A DNA stretch of 64,000 bases from an uncultured Gemmatimonadaceae bacterium (GCA_963761305.1 CAVXGK010000001.1:448001-512000), one strand, 5' to 3'. Shown: positions 29,639 through 39,182, numbered from the stretch's first letter. Made by a program: numbers and translations. Notes: generated by a model not told the origin, from the sequence alone.

Positions 29639-29667
29639 AGTATCGAACGACGCGGCTTCGATGTCAA
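29639..29667 (-). promoter_or_regulatory. Sigma70-type promoter for the ankyrin gene
   Basis: TTGACA (29667-29662), 17-bp spacer, GATACT (29644-29639). Confidence 0.65.
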
Positions 29668-29817
29668 CGCCGGCCGCGCGCGGCGACCAAGGCTGAGCCG
29701 GCAAGCCGTGCTCGACGCGTTGCGCGGTCTGCGGCTGCGCATCCTAATTGTAGGTCGCTCGCACGTCAGCTCGCGGCGGCAACACCGATCGGTGAACGTC
29801 GAACGGGGGATGACAGA

Positions 29818-30198
29818 GTGCTAACATCCGAAAAGCTTGTCGCGTTTGGCGCCACGACCGACGGAGCTCGGGCCATCGCGTTCTACGGCGACGTGCTCGG
29901 CCTGGCGATCCGGTCCGACGATGAATTCGCCGTGGTCTTCGATGCCGGCGGCACCGAGCTGCGTCTGCAAAAGGTGGAGCGCTTCTCTCCCCATCCCTTC
30001 ACCGCCCTGGGTTGGCAAGTCGCGGACATCGGTCAGGTGGTCAGTCGCCTCGTCGCGGCAGGGGTCGAGCCGGAACGGTACGCATGGATGGAACAGGACG
30101 CGCGCGGGATCTGGTCGGCACCGAGCGGCGCGCGCGTGGCGTGGTTCACGGATCCGGATGGCAACTTGCTCTCCGTCGCGCAATACCCGTCTGGCTAA
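29818..30198 (+). CDS. VOC/glyoxalase family protein
   Basis: AFYGDVLGL, FTALGWQVADI, VAWFTDPDGNLLSV; its stop lies within CTAAC. Confidence 0.9.
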   Translation: MLTSEKLVAFGATTDGARAIAFYGDVLGLAIRSDDEFAVVFDAGGTELRLQKVERFSPHPFTALGWQVADIGQVVSRLVAAGVEPERYAWMEQDARGIWSAPSGARVAWFTDPDGNLLSVAQYPSG

Positions 30199-30257
30199 CG
30201 ACGCTGGACGTCACAGAGACCGATCAATACAGCGCAGTCAAGCGAGGTACATCGCAA

Positions 30258-30644
30258 ATGGCCAGCCTCAAGACGCATCCTCGAGTGACATCGTTCGCTC
30301 CCCAGTTCCTGGTCGATGACCTGGCGCGTTCGATGGACTACTACCGGAAGCTCGGGTTCACGTTCGGCGAGCCATGGGAAGGGTTCTACGCGATTGGAGA
30401 GCTGGACGGCTTGGAACTTCATCTGAAGGAAGCACCGAAGAACGACGCCGACCGCCGCTGGAGTCGCGAACATGAACATCTCGACGCCGCGGGCGGCGTG
30501 GATGGCATCGGCGCCTTCTACGAGCGCTGTGTGGCGAAGGGCGTGGCGATTCTCAGACCGCTCACCGCGACGGAGTGGGGCACCAAGGACTTCTACATCG
30601 AGGATCCGGACGGCTATGTCATCTCGTTCGGCGGCCGTGAGTAG
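30258..30644 (+). CDS. VOC/bleomycin-resistance family protein
   Basis: PQFLVDDLARSMDYYRKLGF, EWGTKDFYIEDPDGYVISFG. Confidence 0.9.
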   Translation: MASLKTHPRVTSFAPQFLVDDLARSMDYYRKLGFTFGEPWEGFYAIGELDGLELHLKEAPKNDADRRWSREHEHLDAAGGVDGIGAFYERCVAKGVAILRPLTATEWGTKDFYIEDPDGYVISFGGRE

Positions 30645-30704
30645 CGTTCGTTAAACCCCGTACTCTTTTTCGCTCCGCGACCTGCCCTGAGGGGCGAACG
30701 AGCG

Positions 30705-32021
30705 TCAGCTCATCCGCACGACTGATTTCGGGGTTGAGAGCGAGCGTTGCCGAACGGCGGGCTGGCGAGTCGCGGCGGCCTGCTGGAGCGACGCCTCCCA
30801 CACGTCCGTCACGCGGTCCCAGGTGTAACGCGAGAGCACTTTGGCGCGCCCTCGCGCGCCGAACTTCGCGCGCTTCGCCGGATCGGCGAGCAGATCGAGA
30901 ATCTTCGCGGCGAGATCCGGCGCGTCGAATGGCTTCGCCGTCCATCCGTCGACGCCGGAATCGATGATGCAGCGCGTCGACGCGATGTCGGCGCCGATCA
31001 CCGGCTTGCCGCACATCCACGCCTCGATCATCACGAGCCCGAAGGCTTCCTCCGACGACGGCAGCGCGAGCAGGTCGCACGCGTCCATGATCGACGGGCC
31101 GTCCGCGTCCGGAAAATCGTCGATCAGCACGACCCTGGACCGTTCGTCCTCGGAGAGGGCCGCCAGCATCGCGGTAACGTTCGCGTCACGATGCGCGCTC
31201 TGGCCGGCCATCAGTAGGACGGCGTTGGGCGCGTGGCGCCACACCGTTGGCATCGCTTCGATCAGTGTGGGCACGCCCTTCATCGAGTCCTGCCGGCCGA
31301 CGAAACCGACGACTGGTCGGTCGCCGATGTCGTAGCGCGCGCGAATGCTCTCTCCATTGCGGCCTTCGAACCGCCCCGGATCAACGCCGGCGCCGGCAAC
31401 GGCAACGTCGCGTCCGCCGCGCGCTTCGACGAAATCGCGCTCAGCCTCCGTGCAAACGATCACACCGTCACAGTCGCCGAGCATGCGCTTGTACGTGTGA
31501 TTGAACGCCCACTCTCGTTCGATGTGGAGAATCGGAACCGCCACGCGCGGCGTGCGACGCAGGAATCGCGGCGGGCACACCCAATACGACAGGGCAAAGA
31601 CCCAATTCACGGCCGTGATCACGTCGACCTCGAGCTTGGCCAGCGGAGGCACCATGCCCAATCCGCTCGGCGGTTGCATCGGCCAAAGATCTCTTCCGAA
31701 GAACCAGGAAGACGTGCGCCATCCGCCGGGGCGATCGAGCCACCAGCGATGCAGACGGTGAAGACGCGAGTTCATCGGCCTCACGCGGACGATGCGCACA
31801 CCGTTCAATGTCTCGGTCGGCGGCAGCCCTGCGCCGCGGGGCGAGAGGAAGTCACGCATCGTCGCGCAATCGAATGTGAGCACGGTCACGTCGTGCCCGC
31901 GCGCCGCCAACCGCTCGGAGACGGATTGCAGCATTCGCTCGGCGCCGCCGACGAGTGGTGCGTACGCCGGAGAGACATGTGCGATGCTCAACGGGCGCGC
32001 TGGAATCGATGGTTTCTGCAT
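30705..32021 (-). CDS. Glycosyltransferase family 4
   Basis: VGGAE, FVGRQDSMKG, EAFGLVMIEAWMCGKPVI. Confidence 0.9.
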   Translation of the reverse strand: MQKPSIPARPLSIAHVSPAYAPLVGGAERMLQSVSERLAARGHDVTVLTFDCATMRDFLSPRGAGLPPTETLNGVRIVRVRPMNSRLHRLHRWWLDRPGGWRTSSWFFGRDLWPMQPPSGLGMVPPLAKLEVDVITAVNWVFALSYWVCPPRFLRRTPRVAVPILHIEREWAFNHTYKRMLGDCDGVIVCTEAERDFVEARGGRDVAVAGAGVDPGRFEGRNGESIRARYDIGDRPVVGFVGRQDSMKGVPTLIEAMPTVWRHAPNAVLLMAGQSAHRDANVTAMLAALSEDERSRVVLIDDFPDADGPSIMDACDLLALPSSEEAFGLVMIEAWMCGKPVIGADIASTRCIIDSGVDGWTAKPFDAPDLAAKILDLLADPAKRAKFGARGRAKVLSRYTWDRVTDVWEASLQQAAATRQPAVRQRSLSTPKSVVRMS

Positions 32022-32032
32022 GGCCCGGCCTC

Positions 32033-32899
32033 CTAGCGAAGTCGCGCGGGACTGCGCCCCGGCCCGGCGAGGATGCCGGCGACTTCACCGGCCGCGTGAC
32101 AGCAGGAGAGCAAGAACACCAGGGGCATGGTGGCGCCAATCGATGGCGTCGAGCGCGCGCCCGAACTGAACACTCGCACGGTATCGCGGAACAGGTTCCA
32201 CGGCAGTTGCCGCCCAGAGATCGGAATGTGGTGCAGGCCGGTGGTCGAGCGACCGTTGTCGAAATGCATGAGCATCGTGCCCCAGAAACCGTGTGATTGC
32301 ACGTGTGTGACCGTCATGCCGTCGTGGACGCAAATGAGCCGATCATTGAACAGCCGCGGGGTGACCTCGAGCTCGATGCGGCCTGCAGGAATCGGTCCCG
32401 GACCTATGGCGCTGCGCCGAAAGGCGAGGTTCGCCGGAGGCGGACATCGCTCGCGCTGCGATTTGTTCATCGGTGGGCAGCAGCTGCCGAACGTGTGCAG
32501 ATAGTTGGCCCGGTCAATCCGATGATTGTTGGATCCGTTCAACACCGGTCCTGTGACGCCCATCGCTGCGGGGTTGAGTCGGAATCCGTGGAGGATCTGT
32601 TGGCACCAGTCGTCGGCGACGATGCAGTGATCCTCGGTGAGGGCAACGATCTCTCCGCGCGCCTGCTCGACCGCGTGTGCGCGAAGCTCGAACACCGAGG
32701 CGCCCGGGAGCCGCACCCACGACAATCGATCCGATGCGGCGACGGTGGCCGAGTCCAAGGCCTCCCCATGCCCGTCGCCGACGATGATCTCGCCACCGAC
32801 GGCAGCCACCTGAGGTCCGAGCACGTTCAGGCAGTTGGCCAGATCCGGCCAGGGATCGGTCGTCGCGAGAATGACGGAGAGCGGAATTCGGTCAGCCAT
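32033..32899 (-). CDS. Glycosyltransferase family 2-like protein
   Basis: LSVILAT, EIIVGD, ARGEIVALTEDHC, ANLAFRR. Confidence 0.8.
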   Translation of the reverse strand: MADRIPLSVILATTDPWPDLANCLNVLGPQVAAVGGEIIVGDGHGEALDSATVAASDRLSWVRLPGASVFELRAHAVEQARGEIVALTEDHCIVADDWCQQILHGFRLNPAAMGVTGPVLNGSNNHRIDRANYLHTFGSCCPPMNKSQRERCPPPANLAFRRSAIGPGPIPAGRIELEVTPRLFNDRLICVHDGMTVTHVQSHGFWGTMLMHFDNGRSTTGLHHIPISGRQLPWNLFRDTVRVFSSGARSTPSIGATMPLVFLLSCCHAAGEVAGILAGPGRSPARLR

Positions 32900-33238
32900 G
32901 GGCCTCCAATAGTAGCCGACCCGGGAAACCGACAACAGTACGGTCCACCATTCGCGTGCGGACGGAGCACAGGCGGTTCGGCCGCGGGATCAGCGAATCT
33001 TAATTTGCATTCGCTCGCCTATCCGAACCGACGAAAGCACGACGTCGAGGCGAGCGCGCATCGGCTCAACGCGCCAAACCCTCCCCGCTTGGGGCGTGAT
33101 GGCGCGCGCTGCGCGGGTAGCACGCTTTGTTGCAGGTGATCCATCTCACCATTTCCGACGACCCCTTCCGCTAACAACGGTCCGTTGAGTGCGTCATACG
33201 GATAGGAAGGCAATTCAGTCACGAACGGAGGAACTGAG

Positions 33239-33559
33239 ATGAGCAAATCGTTACTGGTCCGCGTGACGGCCGGCGTGATCGCGGCGAGCGCATTGGGCGC
33301 CTGCTACGTGAATCCGCGGCCGCGCGTCGGCGTCGAATATGCGCTGCGGCAACCGCCCGTCGAGCGAGTCGAAGTGATCCCGACGTCGCCGGGTGTCGAG
33401 TACGTGTGGGTGACGGGCCATTGGGGTTGGCAACGCAACGACTACGCGTGGATCCCCGGACGCTGGGTGGTCCCGGAGCGTGGCTATCGCGAGTGGGTGG
33501 CCGGCCGGTGGGAACGTGATCGCGCCGGTTGGTTCTACGTCGAAGGGCATTGGCGGTAA
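33239..33559 (+). CDS. YXWGXW/WXXGXW-repeat lipoprotein
   Basis: LGAC lipobox; YVWVTGHWGW, WIPGRW, WVAGRW, YVEGHW. Confidence 0.88.
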   Translation: MSKSLLVRVTAGVIAASALGACYVNPRPRVGVEYALRQPPVERVEVIPTSPGVEYVWVTGHWGWQRNDYAWIPGRWVVPERGYREWVAGRWERDRAGWFYVEGHWR

Positions 33560-33585
33560 GGCGTCGCCGACGCAGGAGCAATCGC

Positions 33586-33650
33586 AGTGAACGAAGCGCA
33601 CCGACGTGCGAGGCCTCAGCGCCCGGCGTCGGTGCGCCTTGTCGTTTAGC
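33586..33650 (+). mobile_element. Short attC-like palindrome (or intergenic hairpin)
   Basis: Perfect 11-bp arms GCGCACCGACG (33596-33606) and CGTCGGTGCGC (33627-33637), flanked by AACGA and TCGTTTAGC, just before a VOC gene. Confidence 0.45.
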
Positions 33651-33659
33651 TTGAGCGGC

Positions 33660-34091
33660 ATGACGAATGAATCATCCGGCGCCACGAGCCATCCGCCGTT
33701 CATCGCCGAGAGCCTGCAAGCGTCGCTGACCGTCGCCGACGTGCGGCGGAGCCGCGACTGGTATCGCGACGTCCTCGGGTTCACGATCGACCGTGAGCAC
33801 GAACGTGACGGCCGATTGTTCGCCGTCTCGCTCAGCGCCGGCACCGTTCGAATTCTCGTAACACAGGACGATGGCGCGAAGGGTGAGCGCGTGAAGGGAC
33901 AAGGCTTCTCGCTCCAATTCACGACGCCGCAAAACATCGACGCGGTTGCCGACCACGCCAAACGCGCCGGCGCCACGTTCGACACCGAACCCATGGACGC
34001 TTTCGGCGCCCGCGTCTTCCGCCTGCGCGACCCGGATGGGTTCCGCCTGGTGATCTCGTCGCCGCGCGACGCCACCCCTCGCCGGGGTTAG
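33660..34091 (+). CDS. VOC/glyoxalase family protein
   Basis: LTVADVRRSRDWYRDVLGF, FGARVFRLRDPDGFRLVI. Confidence 0.9.
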   Translation: MTNESSGATSHPPFIAESLQASLTVADVRRSRDWYRDVLGFTIDREHERDGRLFAVSLSAGTVRILVTQDDGAKGERVKGQGFSLQFTTPQNIDAVADHAKRAGATFDTEPMDAFGARVFRLRDPDGFRLVISSPRDATPRRG

Positions 34092-34096
34092 CTGAA

Positions 34097-34576
34097 TTGC
34101 TGCCAGCCGTCCAACTACTCGACACGATGGCCGAGCAGATGTGGACCCTGCTGCAGCGGAACCTCACGGGCATCACGGAGGCGGAAGCCGATTGGCGCCC
34201 GCATCCGGCCGCGAATCCCGTGCGCTGGATGGTCGGCCACCTCGCGTGGTTCGAGGAGTGGGCGCACGACGCCTTGCACCGCGATGGTCGCTACCTCGTC
34301 GATCGCGATCCGACCGCCTACCTCGACGGAACGATCCCGGAGTTGCTCGCCCGGTTCAGCGCCGCGCGAGCGCGGTACCGCGCGTGCGTCGCCGAGCTCG
34401 ATCAGAATGCCCTCGATGCAACGCTGAGCTACCTCGGCCGCTACGACGTCTCGGGTCTCGATCTCCTCAAGACGCACGCGCTCCACGTGGCCGGCCACCG
34501 ATTTCAGGTGCGATACGTTCGCGGGACCTACAGCCGCGCGCACGGCACGTCCAAGACGGACTTTGATCCGTGGTAG
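34097..34576 (+). CDS. DinB family protein
   Basis: WRPHPAANPVRWMVGHLAWFE and C-terminal HALHVAGHRFQ. Confidence 0.8.
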   Translation: MLPAVQLLDTMAEQMWTLLQRNLTGITEAEADWRPHPAANPVRWMVGHLAWFEEWAHDALHRDGRYLVDRDPTAYLDGTIPELLARFSAARARYRACVAELDQNALDATLSYLGRYDVSGLDLLKTHALHVAGHRFQVRYVRGTYSRAHGTSKTDFDPW

Positions 34577-34625
34577 ACGCGACCGGCGCGTGACAACGGT
34601 GCGTCGCCCGCGGTAACGTTGTGCC

Positions 34626-35072
34626 GTGCGAAAGACGACGCTTCTCTTCGGCCTGCTCGGCGGCGCGCTCATCGCGCTGCTCAAGCTCATCGAGTATCGA
34701 TATCTGGTCGTCGAACACTCGGTCGAGATCTACGGCGGCCTTGTGGCGCTCGTCTTCTCGATACTCGGTATTTGGCTCGGTCTTCGGTTGACTCGCGGTC
34801 GGCCGGCCCCGGGTCCTCCGGCCCCCGTCCAACCGGCACGTGGACCGTTTGTCGTCGATCGGGCACGGCTCGACGCGTTGGGGATCACGCCGCGCGAGCA
34901 CGAGATCCTCGAGCTCATCGCCGCGGGCCTCAGCAACCGCGAGATCGCCGAAAAGCTGTTTGTGAGCGAGAACACCGTGAAGACGCACTCGAGCCGACTG
35001 TTCGACAAGCTGAACGCGAAGCGGCGGACGCAGGCCGTGCAGCTCGCCAAAGAGGCCGGATTGATCGCCTGA
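34626..35072 (+). CDS. Membrane-anchored LuxR-type HTH transcription factor
   Basis: Two N-terminal TM helices then ITPREHEILELIAAGLSNREIAEKLFVSENTVKTH; no receiver domain. Confidence 0.9.
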   Translation: MRKTTLLFGLLGGALIALLKLIEYRYLVVEHSVEIYGGLVALVFSILGIWLGLRLTRGRPAPGPPAPVQPARGPFVVDRARLDALGITPREHEILELIAAGLSNREIAEKLFVSENTVKTHSSRLFDKLNAKRRTQAVQLAKEAGLIA

Positions 35073-35118
35073 AAGGATGATTTTGGTGGTTCTGCGCGAA
35101 AATCACCCTTTCGGGTGA
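35065..35118. promoter_or_regulatory. Two related dyads, candidate LuxR-type operators
   Basis: TCGCCT-GAAA-GGATGA (35065-35080) and TCACCC-TTTC-GGGTGA (35103-35118). Confidence 0.55.
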
Positions 35119-35196
35119 CGCGCGAAACGGGCCTTGGACCTAGGCTGTGGCGCGATTCCAAATCGACCCTCTATCCGCGCCGGGAGCGCACGACCA

Positions 35197-35748
35197 ATGC
35201 AGAAGACCGTCTGGACCTTTGGGCTGATCTCTGGAGCAATCATCTCGCTGTTGATGCTCCTCGTTCTCCCGTTCCACGACGCCATCGGGTACGACCGGAG
35301 CTTAGTCCTCGGCTACACGACGATGGTGCTGGCGTTCCTGCTCATCTACTTCGGGATCCGGTCGTACCGCGACAACGTCGCCAACGGGTCGATCGGATTC
35401 GGACGCGCCCTGGCCGTCGGAACGCTCATCGCCGTGATCTCGAGCGTCTGCTATACCGCGACCTGGGAACTGATCTACCCGCGAATCGCGACGGATTTCA
35501 CGGCCAAGTATCAGGCCCACGAGATCAGCAAAGCGAAGGCGAGCGGTGCGAGCCAGGCAGAGATCGACCAACGCGCCGCCGACCTGAAGCGATTCTCCGA
35601 GTTGTACAAGAACCCCGTCGTGAACGCGGCCCTCACGTTCATCGAGCCGCTGCCCGTGGGTCTCGTGATCGCGCTGGTCTCGGCCGGCGTGCTGAGGCGC
35701 CGACGGCCGGCTAGTTCGTCGCAGCCCGAAATCGCCGCCGCCGGCTAA
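35197..35748 (+). CDS. DUF4199-like membrane protein
   Basis: KTVWTFGLISG, GYTTMVLAFLLIYFGIRSYRDN..NGSIGFGRA, TFIEPLPVGL. Confidence 0.82.
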   Translation: MQKTVWTFGLISGAIISLLMLLVLPFHDAIGYDRSLVLGYTTMVLAFLLIYFGIRSYRDNVANGSIGFGRALAVGTLIAVISSVCYTATWELIYPRIATDFTAKYQAHEISKAKASGASQAEIDQRAADLKRFSELYKNPVVNAALTFIEPLPVGLVIALVSAGVLRRRRPASSSQPEIAAAG

Positions 35749-35881
35749 GCATCTCGTCCGCGGTCATTCTATTTTCGCCCCGGCGGGCGGCACATTAACG
35801 GTCATGCGACCGCCGCCGGGCCGCCTTCGACCGCAGTTCACGTATATCGTCTGACTCCATTCATCTACTCGTCATCTACTC

Positions 35882-36394
35882 GTGCAGATCGACAACGAAC
35901 CCCGCGTGCCGTCTCGATTCGGCGATCGCTACGCGAAAGAATTCCTCGTCGGCTGGCGAGCCATGGACTTCAACGGTCACATGGGAAATACGGCATACCT
36001 GGATCTCGCCGCCGACGTTCGTCTGGCGTTTCTCGCCGACCATGGATGTCCGGTGACCGAACTGAAGGGGCTGGCGATCGGCCCGGTGATCCGCAAGGAA
36101 GAGCTCGAGTACTTCCGCGAGGTCGGGCTCCATGAGACCGTAACCGTCACCTACGCGGCTCTGGCGATGACGCCCGACGGCGCGCGGTTCGTCGTCGAGA
36201 ACGAGGTCTGGTCGGAGCGCGGCGAACGCGCGGCGACGATTCGATCGACCGGCGGCTGGCTGGACCTGCGCACCCGAAAGCTTATCGCGCCGCCGCCGCT
36301 GTTGGTCGCCGCCCTTTCCCAGTTGCCGCGCGCGCCGGGCTTCGTCGAGCTACCGTTGCCGCGCAAGAAGGACGGCGACGAATCGAGTCCGTAA
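35882..36394 (+). CDS. Acyl-CoA thioesterase (hotdog fold)
   Basis: WRAMDFNGHMGNTAYLD, YFREV, GGWLDLRTRKL. Confidence 0.85.
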   Translation: MQIDNEPRVPSRFGDRYAKEFLVGWRAMDFNGHMGNTAYLDLAADVRLAFLADHGCPVTELKGLAIGPVIRKEELEYFREVGLHETVTVTYAALAMTPDGARFVVENEVWSERGERAATIRSTGGWLDLRTRKLIAPPPLLVAALSQLPRAPGFVELPLPRKKDGDESSP

Positions 36395-36512
36395 ACCGGA
36401 CTCGGCAGCGGGCGAACGGGCATCCGCCCTCACGGGCGCATCGGCCCACGATTTGCTGAGGCCGCCCGTGTGGACGACGTTTCCCAACCTTCGATGAGGA
36501 AGGCAACAGGGA

Positions 36513-39182
36513 GTGGCAACTCAAGCGGCGGGCACGTTCGACGACGCTGACTCGACTCAATCGATCGCGCTCTCCGAGATGCCGAGGACCAGTGACAGCG
36601 ACGTCCTCTCCGGCGGCGGAGAGATGGGTGCGCTCATGCGCACGATCGATTGGTCCGCCACGGCACTTGGCCCCGTCGACAGCTGGTCGCCCACGCTGCG
36701 GACGATGGTCAGCTTTCTCCTGGCCAATCGTTTTCCCCTGTTGCTCTGGTGGGGCCCGGACTACATCCAGCTCTACAACGACGCGTACCGCCCCATCCTC
36801 GGCGCGAAACATCCGCGGGCACTGGGACAGCCCGTGCGCGAGTGTTGGTGGGAGATCTATGACGTCATCGGACCGCTCATCGACACGCCGTTCAACGGTG
36901 GGCCGGCGACGTGGATGGACGACATCCTCCTCGAGGTGAAGCGGCACGGGTTCGTCGAAGAAACCCACTTCACGATCGCCTATAGTCCCGTGCCCGACGC
37001 GACCGCCGAGCGAGGGATCGGCGGCGTCTTGGCCACGGTGCACGAGACGACCGAACAAATCATCGGCGAGCGACGTGTGCTCGCGCTGCGCGACCTCGGC
37101 ACCCGCTCGATCGCCGAGGCGAGGACGGCCGAGCAGTCGTGTGCTGCGGCGGCCGAGATTCTGGCGCAGCACTCGAAGGACATCCCGTTCGCGTTGCTCT
37201 ACCTCCTCGACGCGGACGGCACCCACGTTCGCCTCGCCGGTGCGGCCGGCGCGACCGCCGGTCAATCGATCAGCCCTCGAGTTGTCGCGCTCGAGAACGA
37301 CGGGACCGATCCGCTCGGCTGGCCGATTCGCGAAGCGCTCGAGAGCGAAGCGCTCCACGTGGTGGAGCATCTCGGGTCGCGGTTCGCCGAGGTACCGGCC
37401 GGTCCGTGGTCGGACCCGCCGACCACGGGCGTCGTGGTGCCGATCGCATCGAACATCGCGCATCGCCCGGCGGGCGTGCTCGTGGCGGGCGTGAGTCCTC
37501 GGCACGGGTTCGACGAGCAGTATGCCACCTTCTTCGAACTGGTCGCTCGACAGGTGTCGACCGCGGTGGCGAATGCCCGGGCCTACGAGGACGAGAAGAA
37601 ACGGGCCGAGGCGCTCGCCGAGTTGGACCGCGCCAAGACGGCTTTCTTCTCGAACGTCAGCCACGAGTTTCGTACGCCGCTCACGTTGCTCCTCGGTCCG
37701 GCGCAGGAGGCGATCGCCGACGCGCAGACGTCGCCCGAGCAGCGAGCGCGGCTCGAGGTGATCAATCGGAACGCGCTGCGGATGCAGCGCCTCGTCAACA
37801 CGCTGCTCGACTTCTCGCGCATCGAAGCGGGACGCATCGAGGCCGCGTTCGAGGCGACGGATCTGTCGGCGTACACCGCGGAGCTGGCGTCGACTTTTCG
37901 CTCGGCGATCGATGCGGCCGGCCTGGCGTTCGTCGTCGACACACAGCCGCTCGGCGAACCGGCGTACGTCGACCGCGACATGTGGGAGAAGATCGTGTTG
38001 AATCTTCTCTCGAACGCGTTCAAGCATACGTTCGAAGGCGAGATCGCGGTGTCGGTGCGCGCGTCGTCAGGCCACGTCGAGCTCGTGGTGCGCGATACGG
38101 GCGTGGGAATACCGGCCGATCAGGTCCCGAACTTGTTCAAGCGCTTTTATCGCGTGCCCAATTCGCGCTCTCGCACGCACGAGGGCACGGGCATCGGTTT
38201 GGCGTTCGTGCAAGAGTTGGTGAGCCTGCACGGCGGACGCGTCGAGGTCACGAGCGAAGAGGGTAAGGGCTCGTCGTTCATCGTTCGCATTCCGCTGGGC
38301 GACTCGCATCTTCCGTCGGAGCGCGTGGGCGCCGTCGAACGGCACGCGTCCGCGTCGCTCGATGCGGCCCCGTTCGTCGAAGAGGCGCTGCGCTGGTTGC
38401 CGAGCGGCGGCACCGACGTCGAGTCGGCCGCCGGCGCGACGGTCGACGCCCCCGAGGCGCCGCGCAGGGAAGCATGCCGCGAGAGAATACTCATCGCCGA
38501 CGACAACGCCGACATGCGGGACTACGTCGCCCGGCTGCTTCGCGCCCGAGGCTGGAAGGTCGACACGGCGGCCGATGGTTTGACGGCACGCGAGGTGGCG
38601 CGCCGCGAGACGCCGGATCTCGTTTTGAGCGACGTGATGATGCCCGGTCTCGACGGGTTCGCGCTGCTGGGCGAACTGCGGCGCGACCCGGCAACGGCGG
38701 ACATCCCGGTCATCCTGTTGTCAGCGCGCGCCGGCGAGGAAGCGCGAGTCGAAGGGCTTGGCGCGGGTGCCGACGACTATCTCGTGAAGCCGTTCTCGGC
38801 GCGCGAGCTCGTGGCGCGAGTAAACAGTACGCTTCGGCTGTCGCAGATGCGGCGCGCCGTCGGGCAGCGCACCGCACAGTTCGAGACGCTGCTCAACGCG
38901 GCACCGCTCGGCGTATACCTCGTGGACAACGATCTCCGCATTCTCGCCGCGAACCCCACGGCGCGCCCCGTGTTGGGCGACACGCCGGACCTGATCGGGC
39001 GGGATTTCGACGAGGTCATTCACCATCTCCGACCGAAGGCTCGCGCCGATGCAATCGTGCGACTCTTTCGACGAACGTTGGAGACGGGCAGTATGGCCGC
39101 GATCCGAACATCGTCTTCCCGATCGGCCCGTACGAGCCGACCAACAGCTCGAAGGCCGGGGCGAACTACGGTACCGACGTGA
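36513..39182 (+). CDS. Hybrid sensor histidine kinase (PAS-GAF-HisKA-HATPase-REC-partial PAS), 3'-truncated near 39088
   Basis: FFSNVSHEFRTPL, NLLSNAFK, DTGVGI, GTGIGL, IADDNAD, SDVMMP, DDYLVKPF; the last PAS breaks off after RRTLETG. Confidence 0.9.
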   Translation: MATQAAGTFDDADSTQSIALSEMPRTSDSDVLSGGGEMGALMRTIDWSATALGPVDSWSPTLRTMVSFLLANRFPLLLWWGPDYIQLYNDAYRPILGAKHPRALGQPVRECWWEIYDVIGPLIDTPFNGGPATWMDDILLEVKRHGFVEETHFTIAYSPVPDATAERGIGGVLATVHETTEQIIGERRVLALRDLGTRSIAEARTAEQSCAAAAEILAQHSKDIPFALLYLLDADGTHVRLAGAAGATAGQSISPRVVALENDGTDPLGWPIREALESEALHVVEHLGSRFAEVPAGPWSDPPTTGVVVPIASNIAHRPAGVLVAGVSPRHGFDEQYATFFELVARQVSTAVANARAYEDEKKRAEALAELDRAKTAFFSNVSHEFRTPLTLLLGPAQEAIADAQTSPEQRARLEVINRNALRMQRLVNTLLDFSRIEAGRIEAAFEATDLSAYTAELASTFRSAIDAAGLAFVVDTQPLGEPAYVDRDMWEKIVLNLLSNAFKHTFEGEIAVSVRASSGHVELVVRDTGVGIPADQVPNLFKRFYRVPNSRSRTHEGTGIGLAFVQELVSLHGGRVEVTSEEGKGSSFIVRIPLGDSHLPSERVGAVERHASASLDAAPFVEEALRWLPSGGTDVESAAGATVDAPEAPRREACRERILIADDNADMRDYVARLLRARGWKVDTAADGLTAREVARRETPDLVLSDVMMPGLDGFALLGELRRDPATADIPVILLSARAGEEARVEGLGAGADDYLVKPFSARELVARVNSTLRLSQMRRAVGQRTAQFETLLNAAPLGVYLVDNDLRILAANPTARPVLGDTPDLIGRDFDEVIHHLRPKARADAIVRLFRRTLETGSMAAIRTSSSRSARTSRPTARRPGRTTVPT

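Noticed and set aside
35861..35882. 11-bp tandem duplication TCATCTACTCG before the thioesterase gene
   Set aside because: Only two copies and no associated element, so it cannot be called a target-site duplication.
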